Shown here: one piece after another, positions 37,027 through 50,179 of the stretch | Layout: each line of letters starts with the position of its first letter | Position numbering within the stretch: the first letter of the stretch is position 1 | Assembly: GCA_051530055.1 (NCBI GenBank) | Contig: CM121341.1 | Coordinates: 4,566,784-4,630,783 of the forward strand | Length of the DNA: 64,000 nucleotides | Reading direction: 5' to 3' | From: Neoechinorhynchus agilis | Lineage: Eukaryota > Animalia > Acanthocephala | Made by a program: the position numbers and the translations under genes | Notes under the pieces: generated by a model | Seen by the model: the letters and a program-made list of their open reading frames with translations, nothing else | Told to the model about the DNA's origin: nothing | Database searches by the model: none

Positions 37027-38760
37027 CTGAAGGAAAAAGAGTGGAAATACGTAAACTCGGGAAATAAGGAACCAAAAGCTCGCAATATTGGCACTTGAGT
37101 ACAGAAAAGAGATGAATAAACATTTTAGAATGGTCAAAGTTACAATCGATGGAGACTGGGAATGTCCGGACTCTGAGCCCCTTTCATACTAATGGATCGC
37201 GTCCACTTAAAGGTGGAAAAAATACCATCAGTTAGAAAATAAACTAAAGTTCGCGATATTGGCCATTGAGTCAAGAAAAAAGAATAAACATTTTAGAAAG
37301 GTTCAATTTACAATTAAGGCAAAGGGAATGTCCTGACTCTGAGCCGCTTTCATAGTTATGGATCGCGTACATTTAAAAGTGAAAAAATAAATCCAGTTTG
37401 AAAATAAACAAAAGTTCGTGATATTGGCAATTGAGTCAAGAAAAAACATTTTAGAAAAGTTCAATTTACAATTAATACAAAGGGAATGTCCTGACTGAGC
37501 CGCTTTCATAGTCTTGCATCGCGTACATTTAAAGGTTGAAAAAATACCTCCAGTTAGAAAATAAACTAAAGTTCGCGATATCGGCAATTAAGTCAAGAAA
37601 AAAGAATAAACATCTTAGAAAGGTTAAATTTACAATTATGGGAAAGGGAGTGGCCGGACTCTGAGCCGCTTTCAGTCCTGCATCGCGTACATTTAAAGTT
37701 GGAAAAAATACCCCCAGTTAGAAAATAAACTAAAGTTCGTGATATTGACAATTGAGTATAGAAAAAAGAATAAACATTTTAGGATGCTTAAATTTACAAT
37801 TACGGCAAAGGGAATGTCCTGACTATGAGCCGCTTTCATAGTCTTGCATCGCGTACATTTAAAGTTGAAAAAAATACCCCCAGTTAGAAAATAAACTAAA
37901 GTTCGTGATATTGACAATTGAGTATAGAAAAAAAGAATAAACATTTTAGGATGCTTAAATTTACAATTAAGGCAAAGGGAATGTCCTGACTATGAGCCGC
38001 TTTCATAGTCTTGCATCGCGTACATTTAAAGGTGGAAAAAATACCATCAGTTAGAAAATAAACTATAGTTCGTGATATTGGCAATCGAGTCAAGAAAAAA
38101 GAATAAACATTTTAGAGAGGATAAATTTACAATTACGGCAAAGGGAATGTCCTGACTATGAGCCGCTTTCATAGTCTTGCATCGCGTACATTTAAAGGTT
38201 GAAAAAATACCTCCAGTTAGAAAATAAACTATAGTTCGTGATATTGGCAATCAGTTAGAAAATAAACTATAGTTCGTGATATTGGCAATCGAGTCAAGAA
38301 AAAAGAATATACATTTTAGAGAGGATAAATTTACAATTACGGCAAAGGGAATGTCCTGACTATGAGCCGCTTTCATAGTCTTGCATCGCGTACATTTAAA
38401 GGTTGAAAAAATACCTCCAGTTAGAAAATAAACTATAGTTCGTGATATTGGCAATCGAGTCAAGAAAAAAGAATATACATTTTAGAGAGGATAAATTTAC
38501 AATTACGGCAAAGGGAATGTCCTGACTATGAGCCGCTTTCATAGTCTTGCATCGCGTACATTTAAAGGTTGAAAAAATACCTCCAGTTAGAAAATAAACT
38601 AAAGTTCGCAATATTGGGAATCGAATCAAGAAAAAAGAATAAACATTTTAGAAAGGTTCAATTTACAATTACGGCAAAGGGAATATCGTGACTCTGAGCC
38701 GTTTTCATAGTCATGGATCGCGTCCATTTAAAGGTGGAAAAAATACCTCCAGTTAGAAAG
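36980..38760. repeat. Tandem array, ~166-bp unit, 11 copies, whose first unit is the CDC40 start region
   Basis: gagccg core at 36995, 37175, 37341, 37497, 37663, 37827, 37994, 38160, 38364, 38530, 38696. Confidence 0.93.
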
Positions 38761-39601
38761 CAAAAATGGTATAGAATAAACATTTTAGAAAGAAATCATA
38801 TCAAAAACAAATCTCTAGGGATGGTAAATTCTGAATGGAAATGAACATAATCCCCCCCCCGTTAAAGATTCCTTTATTATTAGCAAATGTTCCGAAAGAG
38901 GAAGCATCTCACCTCATCGGTCGTCTGAAAAATATTTATGAGTCTTGTAAACTCGGTTTAACAGGAAACAGGCCAGCAGCCTAGTTTTAAACATTCACGC
39001 CACCATTTTAGACCACTAAGTTACTAGGCAACATCGTATTATAGATTTTGATGGCACAGATTCGACTGACTTGTGTTTCTGCGACCAACACCATGGAGGG
39101 TAACAAATCGAACCAATTAAATCAAAATCAACTAACCGACAAAAAAACAGTTTTACAACACAAAAACTACGGAGATTTAAATGTTTTAAACTATAATGAA
39201 CCGGTGGAGGAAAGACCCAATCTTGGTGTTCATGAGGACCCAAAGATACATGGGTCGTTTTCTTTGTTAAATAACAAAGTTGTTCTTATTTAATTCAGTT
39301 TAAAAATTGCCTGCCAGTGGCGTAATGAAAATCAATTTAAAACGCCACACAGTGCAAGGCTTTCCAGATTGTTTGTTTGGCCTACTTAGGATTTACTACA
39401 TTCGCTGCAGGGAATTCTGCACTTTCTCGCGGATGAGGCGAGACTCGAAATATTTCAGTTCAAATTTAATAAATTCTTTCGTGTAAAAAAGCTTCTTATT
39501 GATGATTACGTCACATTATTGATTATTTTTTCTGCAAAATAGAGAAATTGATTGGACTGTTTCACACGGACACGGGGAAAAATGGATTTCATAGAAAGTG
39601 A

Positions 39602-42600
39602 TTAAAAATCGAATTTATGTTCTTGTCCATTGGACGTATCGATTAGAAGGAACGTCCTTGTGGCTGTCCAAAACAATTTCGAGCTATAATTTCCCTTAGG
39701 AAGTTTCGATTCCGCTGCAATAGAGAAGGCTCTGATGATTTTCATGGTGAGCGTTGCGAACAAAACCGAAGACGAAACCTGCCAAAGCAGGATTCTCTTT
39801 TCTTCATTAGCAAACGAAGCCAAATACGTTCCGTCGGTAGAGAAAGCGACAGCGCTAATGGCTTTCGAGTGTCCATTAAAAAGTTGATATTTGACAGATC
39901 GAAGGTCAAACACGGCCAAGTATCCGTTCGGGCATCCAACGCAGACGTATTTGGTTCGTGGACATGAGTGAACCATTGGAAATTGGCTGATTGGTTGGAA
40001 TAGTTCATTGATATTTCTGTTTTTCAATCGATTTGGTTCGACGCAGTAGATCACAATTTGAGTGACCTGAAGAACAAGTTCTCTTACACTATCTGGGATT
40101 TTCTCGATCATTTGTGAGACAATGCACAACAGCGACGTTCGACATGTCCATATAACACTTTTAAAGCTGAGAGCGACATTGGCGCTTTGTCTCAGGATTT
40201 CTCTAGTAAAGCTTAAAATGAAAGGACGACAATGGATCAACGATATTCGGACAAGTGCTTGCTTTGAGTTATTCGCGAGTAAAGAAGCCGATCCGGGTCC
40301 AGTGCCAATTTCATTCATGGCTTCAAGCATTTTGCACAAGACAAAACTTAGTGTATTCGGATCCATAAATCGAATCCACATGTCGAATCGATCATAGAGA
40401 AGATCGAATAGGTATGAGTGGAGGTATAGACAAGGAGACGGATATTCGCCTGGTCTTAGAATAATCCATTTATCAACATAAATGAATTTACAAAGACAAT
40501 TGGCAAGTTTTCGAATTTGTGTGTCCGATGAAGGCGTCAGAGTGCATATTGATAGAAGAAAAAAGCATACTAATTGTTGATCACATCGATCTATTGACTT
40601 TGCGGAATCGAACAGTCGATGATTGTAAATGAGGGGATCTTTTATGATCTTTCCCGATAAACAAGAGATCGCTGGGTCCAATATAGCATCCACATAGTCT
40701 TCACATTCATCAATGAGCGACGAATGAGAAGTGTTCGTCCTCATGAACCATTCAAGAACCACTTTGGCTGATTTATTAATCTAAATTTGAGAATCGTTAA
40801 TGTGTGTTTATTCAATTTTGTAAATCTTTACCATTTCACAAGGATCATTCCATAGAAGGATACATGTTTTGACGTGTAAATGGAGTCCACTAAGTGTACC
40901 ATTCTTTTGACCTTCTTGAAGAGCTTCATAACAGGCGGCTTCGGGAATTGGTTCGACTACGACTAATCGCAACTTTGTTTCGGAACAAAAGAATTAAAGA
41001 TTATAATTATGTAAAACATGAAGAAAAACAACAACTTACTCATCACCGCTATTTGTGGCGTCGATTGCATTGTTGAACTTGTAAGATTCGTTTTGTTTTG
41101 AAGCAGGTAGACGGCACATTTGAGTGGATAGCATGTTTACAAGAGACAGTGTCGTAATGACAGGTCCGGATTCCATTCCGACATTAGCATTGGATGTAGA
41201 TGTCAATTGTTGTCCTGGTAAGAGCGAAATAAGACAATTCAAGGAAGGTTGAACTGGATGAGTAAATGCAAGAGTTCTATTGTTCGTATGAGTTAGAAGA
41301 GACCTGTCATTGGGGATTCCTTGATATGAAAGAGTGAATTGAGTTGTTTGTTCAAACGCATTCGTAATGGCTAAATTTAATTCACTCATTGAATCGTCGT
41401 CGTGAGTCACAGAATGAAGCTGTTGGCAAAGACCTCTCATATCTACGCTCATAAGGACACAGACTAACCCTGAAAGACGAAAATGCGTAAAATGTAAAAG
41501 AAGACCCTCTGGGACTTTTGTCTGAGCACACCATCGATCAATACGATTTACAAGTCTTAGATCAGTCCGATAAAGACCTTCGTTTAAAAGTGCGTTTTTA
41601 GCAGTTTCACCGGTCAGTATACTGTGACAATGCCCACTGTCCATTTCGTATACATGAACAGTTTGATCGGTGTAAAGTGCGCAGAGATGAGCTTGTTTCA
41701 GATTCCAGTATAGATTAGTGAGTCTTGGGCAACCACCTCCTCGGATAAACAAAACACACAGATTTGTCGATAAATCAATCAGTGCCACAGATCCATTTTG
41801 ATCGATCGAACAAATGTATTTAATGGATCCTGGAGCCATAAAGAGTCCACTTATACATTCGCAGTGGATGTGAATGGTTTTCTTTGGAATACTTAAATCG
41901 CCAATGTCCCAAACACGAATCGCGAAATCACTTGATCCACTTATTAACGTGTTCTCATCAATGCATGAATTATAAGAATGTGGATGAAGGAGACACGTTA
42001 TTGAGTAGTTGAGTTTTAGCTTTTCATTCAACGAAGGTTTTCGATTTTCCAAAAACTCTTTTAGGCTAGCCATCGTTATTTGACCATTCGAGTAACCGAG
42101 CACACAACATCGACCGAGTTTGTGATGTTGAACATAGGCGAACGCTGTCCATTTGGAACCGCTTGCGAAACACCATTCTGAACATTCGTCGATCCGAGTG
42201 ACGGATAACGTCTCATCTTCTTTGTAAGAAACGGAGAATAAGCACGATCCCTTTGCAATGTACAGGCATTCGGACGCTCCTATTACTAATTTAGGCGAGT
42301 GTAGGGCTGTGTTTTGAACGCCGATGAACATCTTCGCAATTATATCCATACCAAACGTGGAACTGTCTTCTATCATCAAGAGAGTGTTAGTCATTTTCAG
42401 TATCACGAGTTCCATCCGGTTTGTTATTATCGCCACGAATGTATTTGTAAGTGACGGAACAAATAGGCCATCAGTGATCACAGTTTTTGAATCGTCCTGC
42501 TTTATAGAAAAGATCCTCACTTTTAAAAGTTGAGGATCGCATTCGGGTAGCTAGATTTGGATCTCGCTCAGGTGTCCACAAAACGACCTAAACAATAATA

Positions 42601-45311
42601 ATTCCTTTAGTTGTTTTCTGGCGCGTAGAAAAATTAAAATGATTTTAAAATCCAATTGGTTTCGAAGGCACAAAATCTTGTACGCACATTTATCAGAAAT
42701 ATTGTTTGTAAGTTTTTAAAGATGTGACCGTGCCGAAAACAATCGGATTTTAAAATCATTTTAATTTTTCTTCACGCCAGAAAACAACCAATGGAATTAT
42801 TGTTCAGAAGTCTTCAGCCCGGCAAATAATTTTGTTTGTTAGAAATCAACTGCGAACGTCGCCCAGTCTTTTAATAACTAACTGATGATGACAAACCTGC
42901 AGTGAATTTGGCAGATCGTTTTTAACAAACAAAATTATTTACCAGGCTAAAGACTTCTAAAGAGCAATAAATCCTTTAGCTGTTTTCTGACGCGTAAAAA
43001 AATTAAAATGATTTCAAAATCCGATTGGTTTCGAGGGCACAAAATCTTGTACGCACATTTATCAGAAAGGTCGTTTGTAAGTTTTTACCCGAAAACAATC
43101 GGATTTTAAAATCATTTTAATTTTTCTACGGGCCAGAAAACAACCAATGGGATTATTGTTTAGAAGTCTTCAGCCCGGTAAATAATTTTGTTTGTTAGAA
43201 ACGAACTGCAAACTTTGCCGAGTGTTTTAATAACTAACAAACTGATGATGACAAACCTACAGTGAATTTCGCAGATCGTTTTTAACAAACAAAATTATTT
43301 ACCAGGCTAAAGACTTCTAAAGAGCAATAAATCCTTTAATTGTTTTCTGACGCGTAAAAAAATTAAAATGATTTCAAAATCCGATTGGTTTCGGGGCACA
43401 AAATCTTGTACGCACATTTATCAGAAAGGTCGTTTGTAAGTTTTTAAAGATGTGACCGTGCCGAAAACAATCGAATTTTAAAATCATTTTAATTTTTCTA
43501 CGGGCCAGAAAACAACCAATGGGATTATTGTTTAGAAGTCTCAGCCCGGTAAATTTTGTTTGTTAGAAACGAACTGCGAACTTCGCCGAGTGTTTTAATA
43601 ACTAACAAACTGATGATGATAAACCTACAGTGAATTTCGCAGATCGTTTTTAACAAACAAAATTATTTACCAGGCTAAAGACTTCTAAAGAGCAATAAAT
43701 CCTTTAATTGTTTTCTGACGCGTAGAAAAATTAAAATGATTTCAAAATCCGATTGGTTTCGAGGGCACAAAATCTTGTACGCACATTTATCAGAAAGGTC
43801 GTTTGCAAGTTTTTAAAGATGTGACCGTGCCGAAAACAATCGGATTTTAAAATCATTTTAATTTTTCTTCACGCCAGAAAACAACCAATGGGATTATTGT
43901 TTAGAAGTCTTCAGCCCGGTAAATAATTTTGTTTGTTAGAAACGAACTGCGAACGTCGCCCAGTCTTTTAATAACTAACAAACTGATGATGATAAACCTA
44001 CAGTGAATTTCGCAGATCGTTTTTAACAAACAAAATTATTTACCAGGCTAAAGACTTCTAAAGAACAATAAATCCTTTAGTTGTTTTCTGACGCGTAGAA
44101 AAATTAAAATGATTTCAAAATCCGATTGGTTTCGGCGGCACAAAATCTTGTACGCGCGGTTTTCGCATTTGAACTTTTATAAGTGTTTGAATTCCGTTTG
44201 GAAAAAAGAGGCATCCTTACTTAAAAAAGCAAACATTTATCCGTGATCATCACGCGAACTGGCGTAAATTCAGAAAATCTGTTAAAACAAAGAACATCTC
44301 TACCTTTCTTCGGCAACAAATTAAAAACGATTTGATTATTTTAGGAACTAATGCAATAAATTGTCTAATTAAAGAGCAAAACCCACTTTGTTCCTTTTTT
44401 TATGGTGATGAGAAAAATAGAAATCGATTTAAAAGAAGTCCGACGAAACGGACGAAATCAATCTCTACTTTTTGTCACCACGAAAAAAATCCAAAGTGTC
44501 TAATTGTTGCGATTTTAGAGAAAAGTTCTAGTTTGAGAATCTTTTCCTCTAAAGAATAGACGGCTACCTCCTCGAAGTTTATAGCATCGACAATGAACGC
44601 AACTTTTGATTGTACAAAAAGAATATATCTGGGTTTTGTTCTGCAAATGTTCATTTGTTTTATATACCGACCGTTGTTTCGAATAACTTGATGATCGGAC
44701 TCACAAACCAATAATGGTGATTCGTCGTTGAAAGACCAAAGTCGAACGTATCCATCGATGAGTGCGATAACAACGACGCTATCTCCTTTGGGTTTTGAAA
44801 ACGCGAATAATCCTTTCACATTTTGTATCCGAGCTCGAGGTTCTATTGTTCGAAGTCGTCGGATAATAGAAAGGTCTTTTAGATTAAATTGTAGAATTTG
44901 AGAGCCGTCCGAACAGAAGAATGTTGTTGCTCGTTGAGAAGACACCAATGGTTCAATATGTACAAATTCGCCGGCATAAACGTGATGTTGTACACAAACC
45001 AGTTGTTTCGTATCCCAAAGAGCAAGTCCGTTTTCGTGAGCGCTCAATAAGAGAAACTGATCAATGAATTTAAGAGCTCGAATACAACCAAGGGTATTCG
45101 AGGGCACATTGAACATGCAGAATGGAGATAAAGGTTGTGAGGTGAGGGGGCGACGCCAAAGGAAGATTGTTTCATGGTCGCTGGTCGCCAGTTCACTATT
45201 ACCATTTTGGACCGGTTGAAGTGGAGGTGAAGTGAGGTGATGAATTGACGGGAGTTTCTTAGATGACCTAGAGCCCCAAAAGAGCAGTGATTGTGTCGTA
45301 AGTGGATCCAT
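39602..45311 (-). CDS. WDR7: WDR7 / rabconnectin-3 beta-like WD40 protein (multi-exon; some junctions unresolved)
   Basis: N-terminal LLFWG, central ITCLLHPHSYNSCIDENTLISGSSDFAIRVWD, NDPCEM|INKSAK, and C-terminal FQPISQFPMVHSC, GHSKAISAVAFSTDGTYLASFA match WDR7 as recalled. Confidence 0.88.
42590..44157. repeat. Intronic tandem array, ~370-bp unit made of two palindromic modules (A+B), ~4.2 copies
   Basis: cacaaaatcttgtacg at 42669, 43038, 43397, 43766, 44139. Each module has 50-70-bp inverted arms. Confidence 0.93.
44371..44496. mobile_element. 126-bp hairpin element with 9-bp direct repeats (tgtctaatt)
   Basis: tgtctaatt at 44362-44370 and 44497-44505; ~42-bp imperfect inverted arms around a gtccgacgaaacggac hairpin. 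Confidence 0.6.
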
Positions 45312-46000
45312 TGTCTAAAGGCGAGACGTAATCGAGGGAAATACACAAAAAAACACTAAAACGAATTAGTTCTGTAAATATTGTCGACCACAAATCAGGC
45401 ACTAAAATGATCGCCGAAAAAAGGGTAAGTAACCAAGTAGAATAAAAGTGTATCATTTTAAGAATAGAACATTAATTTAATAATGTCATAAATCATTGTC
45501 CTTGGGGGAAATTTGATTGTACGTTGGAGAATCCTGTCCCCGGTGTTATCAATACTCATTTATTTGAGAAATATTTCACAAGGGTTTCCTTACCTCTTCA
45601 GTCGCTATTGATTATTTGTTGATGGGAGAGATAAATGAAATTAAGATTTTATTGGATATTTCGATCCACCATCTCGGATCAGCTGAAAAAAAACTCCGGA
45701 TGGTTCAATGCATTGAGTGATTTTATTTGCTTTAAAAAAGGCCACAAATTGATACTTAATAGTAAAAACTAAAGCTGCTTTATGCGAGGCAGTTAAAACT
45801 GCCATTGAGTAAAAAACGCCATCCATTATGAGTATTTGAATGTAATATTGCTCGCATTGATACTAAAACTCTTCCCGTGATCTTTTTTCAGTCGTTACTC
45901 ATCGCGACCAATGAATCTCTTAAACAAATAGCTCTTGAGTTAAGGTGTCTATCAATGAAATATACGGTTGAGTTTCGTCTAAACGTTCCTGTTGTGGACG

Positions 46001-47268
46001 ACTAATCTATATTTCCCCGATAATTCACCTAACGGAAAATAATTCCGCCATTTTCCCAAGGTTTTTCATTGTTTGGAAGTAAATGAAAGGGAGTTTCTCC
46101 CTAATTCAGTTTCTAAATCTATAAAAATTGAAATGAAACTTTGGTTTTTTAAGAACTGGCAAACGGATTATGAAACTCGACGAGGTTCGAAACGTCTTAA
46201 AAAATTCTTTACCAGGTTGGGACTTTTAAATAAAACTTCTAAAGGATACTTTTCTAGAATTGGTCAATAATCGTGAATTTAATTTCTTTTTTCTTAGTTT
46301 TTCGACGATTCCGCCGGATTTAAATCTTCGCCAATCTAAATTTCCCCGATAATTCACCTATCGGAAAATAATTCCGACATTTTCTCAAGGTTTTTCATTG
46401 TTTGGAAGAAAACGAAAGGGAGTTTAAGGGAGTTTCTCCCTAATTATGTTTCTAAATCTATAAAAATTGAAATGAAAGCTTGGTCTCTTAATCTCACCGG
46501 ATTTCAATCTTTACTAATCTAAATTTCCCCAATAATTCACCTATCAGAAAATAATTCCGACATTTTCTCAAGGTTTTTCATTGTTTGGAAGTAAATGAAA
46601 CTGAGTTTCTCCATAATTTAGTTTCTAAATCTATAAAAATTGATGTTTGGTTTTTTGTGGGTTTGTTTTTTTGGTTTTTTTGTTTGTGTTTTTTTTTGTT
46701 TTTGGTTGGGTTTCTAATCTAATCCATAATTACCTATCGGAAATAATGACATTTTCCAAGTTTTTCATTGTTTGGAAGTAAATAAAGGGAGTTTCTCCCT
46801 AATTCAGTTTCTAAATCTATAAAAATTGATATGAAACTTTGGTTTTTTAAGAACTGGCAAACGGATTATGGAACTCGACGAGGTTCCAAACGTCTTAAAA
46901 AATTCTTTACCAGGTTGAGACTTTTAAATAACATTTCTGAAGGATACTTTTCTAGAATTGGTATAATCGTGAATTTAATTTCTTTTTTCTTAGTTTTTCG
47001 ACGATTTCGCCGGATTTAAATCTCTACTAATCTAAATTTCCCCCATAATTCACCTATCGGAAAATAATTCCGACATTTTCTCAAGGTTTTTCATTGTTTG
47101 GAACAAAATGAAAGGGAGCTTCTCCATAATTTAGTTTCTAAATCCTTTTTGATAACATTTCTAAAGGATACTTTTCTCAAATTGGTCAATAATCATGAAT
47201 TTAATTTCTTTTTTCTCAGTTTTTCGACGATTCCGCCGGATTTAAATCTTTGCTAATCTAAATTTCCC
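46001..47268. repeat. Tandem array of ~330-bp family C-derived units (~4, some truncated)
   Basis: ctaatcta(a/t)atttcccc...ggaaaataattccgacattttctcaagg recurs; same termini as 23014-23359. Confidence 0.9.
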
Positions 47269-48180
47269 GTTTTTGTGTGGAAAAGACTTTAAGAGTCTGG
47301 AAAAGATTTATTGGAAAAAATCAATAATGGACGCCCGTAGGAACGAACTAAGAAATCAGCTTTGATACCAACGAATGATATTGCCGAAGATCTTGTGTAT
47401 AACGAAAACATGAACTGTATAATTCTTGAATCAAATCAGAAAGAATTTGAATTTCTACTATTTTAATGAGAAAATCCCGCGGGATGATTAATTTGGTAAC
47501 GCGGTGATTATAATCCCTTTCTGGTGACCTGAAAAGTCTGGTCTTATCAGTAATTGTAAATTGTTTCGAGATAGTTGATTTTCGTGTTCGCTGGATATAT
47601 TTTGAGAAAATGGGTCCTAATTTAACCCACAGAGAAAAACTTCTTGTGCTCTGCAGAATCGATGATCAAAAAAGGTTTTTGATCAATTGAACCCGATTAA
47701 AGCGTTTTTCCCACTCCGCAAAGCGAACCGAGAATATTTCCTAAGCAAAAGGAAGACCGTGAGAAATTTGAATTACGCCGTGACGATAATCCCTTTCCAT
47801 AATAGGCAATTTATTCAGATATTTCGAACGACGAAGCCTCATCAGTCATCTAAAAAATATAATTTTCTTCGACAATTCCTGAGAAGCGGGTACAAAGATT
47901 ATCATTCATTTCTTTTCTCCAAACGACAATTTGAAAAAATAATTATTTTAATTTCTTCAAGGTTTTAAAAGAACAAGTTAAAATCGATGAAAAACATGGA
48001 CATTAATTCGCTAAACTCAATTTTTTTGTCCAACGAAAAGACGTATTTCCAAGCAAGCAATAATTTGAAATGTTTATTCGACAACCTTCAAACTTCATCA
48101 TCCCTTTAAGATTTTCTCTTTACATTGGGAAAATTAGGAGAAATTTATATAACCTTTAGAATCCTCTGGATCTCTCAAGG

Positions 48181-50030
48181 TGCCGTCCTGGTGTTACGGT
48201 CGAATGGAACGGGAGGCTGCGGACTTTTGTTTTGTACGACTAATGCTCTTGATCTCGGATCGTCAGTGATTCGTTTCAATCTCCATGAGCAGATTCAAGA
48301 TTAACGAAAGAGTTGTTCAAAGACGTGTTCGTAACTACTTGAATTTGATAAAAGATCATCAAAAATCAAGGTTCTTAAGATTGTCTCAACAACAAACTGG
48401 AGAATAACCAAGTATTTAGTATTGCCGGCTAAAATCCCAATGGCGCTCAGTGTGGTTGTTGGATCAAGTTAAGACGCCGAGGCCAATACTCACATTGTAG
48501 TCAAGAAGCGAATAAATTCCCGATTCTTCACTTTGGGCAACCCAAATCGATGAGTAGCGATGGAGGGATCTCTTTCTGACACGCCGAGCTACTCAAAGTT
48601 CAGCCACACCAAATCACATTGTGCCGTCCTGGTGTAACCGTCGAATGGAAGGATGCAGCGTTCCCCCGTTTAACATCCAGACTTTTGTTTTGTACGACTA
48701 ATGCTCTTGATCTCGGATCGTCAGTGATTCGTTTCAATCTCCATGAGCAGATTCAAGATTAACGAAAGAGTTGTTCAAAGACGTGTTCGTAACTACTTGA
48801 ATTTGATAAAAGATCATCAAAAATCAAGGTTCTTAAGATTGTCTCAACAACAAACTGGAGAATAACCAAGTATTTAGTATTGCCGGCTAAAATCCCAATG
48901 GCGCTCAGTGTGGTTGTTGGATCAAGTTAAGACGCCGAGGCCAATACTCACATTGTAGTCAAGAAGCGAATAAATTCCCGATTCTTCACTTTGGGCAACC
49001 CAAATCGATGAGTAGCGATGGAGGGATCTCTTTCTGACACGCCGAGCTACTCAAAGTTCAGCCACACCAAATCACATTGTGCCGTCCTGGTGTAACCGTC
49101 GAATGGAAGGATGCAGCGTTCCCCCGTTTAACATCCAGACTTTTGTTTTGTACGACTAATGCTCTTGATCTCGGATCGTCAGTGATTCGTTTCAATCTCC
49201 ATGAGCAGATTCAAGATTAACGAAAGAGTTGTTCAAAGACGTGTTCGTAACTACTTGAATTTGATAAAAGATCATCAAAAATCAAGGTTCTTAAGATTGT
49301 CTCAACAACAAACTGGAGAATAACCAAGTATTTAGTATTGCCGGCTAAAATCCCAATGGCGCTCAGTGTGGTTGTTGGATCGTTAAGACCCGCCAATACT
49401 CACATTGTAGTCAAGAAGCGAATAAATTCCCGATTCTTCACTTTGGGCAACCCAAATCGATGAGTAGCGATGGAGGGATCTCTTTCTGACACGCCGAGCT
49501 ACTCAAAGTTCAGCCACACCAAATCACATTGTGCCGTCCTGGTGTAACCGTCGAATGGAAGGATGCAGCGTTCCCCCGTTTAACATCCAGACTTTTGTTT
49601 TGTACGACTAATGCTCTTGATCTCGGATCGTCAGTGATTCGTTTCAATCTCCATGAGCAGATTCAAGATTAACGAAAGAGTTGTTCAAAGACGTGTTCGT
49701 AACTACTTGAATTTGATAAAAGATCATCAAAAATCAAGGTTCTTAAGATTGTCTCAACAACAAACTGGAGAATAACCAAGTATTTAGTATTGCCGGCTAA
49801 AATCCCAATGGCGCTCAGTGTGGTTGTTGGATCAAGTTAAGACGCCGAGGCCAATACTCACATTGTAGTCAAGAAGCGAATAAATTCCCGATTCTTCACT
49901 TTGGGCAACCCAAATCGATGAGTAGCGATGGAGGGATCTCTTTCTGACACGCCGAGCTACTCAAAGTTCAGCCACACCAAATCACATTGTGCCGTCCTGG
50001 TGTAACCGTTGAATTGAACGTATCAGTGAT
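48181..50030. repeat. Tandem array, 458-bp unit, 4 copies
   Basis: tgccgtcctggtgt at 48181, 48622, 49080, 49532, 49990; copies are nearly identical. Confidence 0.95.
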
Positions 50031-50179
50031 TCGTCTAAGCTTCTTGGACAATTGATTGACCGGGTCCTTCGCGCCGCGGAACCTAGTGAAACTGTTTTTT
50101 TCTTCGGCAATCGCAAAGTATCACACACGCACACAGTTTGAAAAGACATTTATTAGAGGAACACAAAACTAAAGACGGT

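Noticed and set aside
42875-42910. ctgatga as a hammerhead ribozyme core (retrozyme)
   Set aside because: No stem II followed by GAAA and no cleavage triplet geometry.
45480-46000. Possible small plus-strand gene divergent from WDR7
   Set aside because: No consistent ATG-to-stop model with in-phase GT-AG introns could be built.
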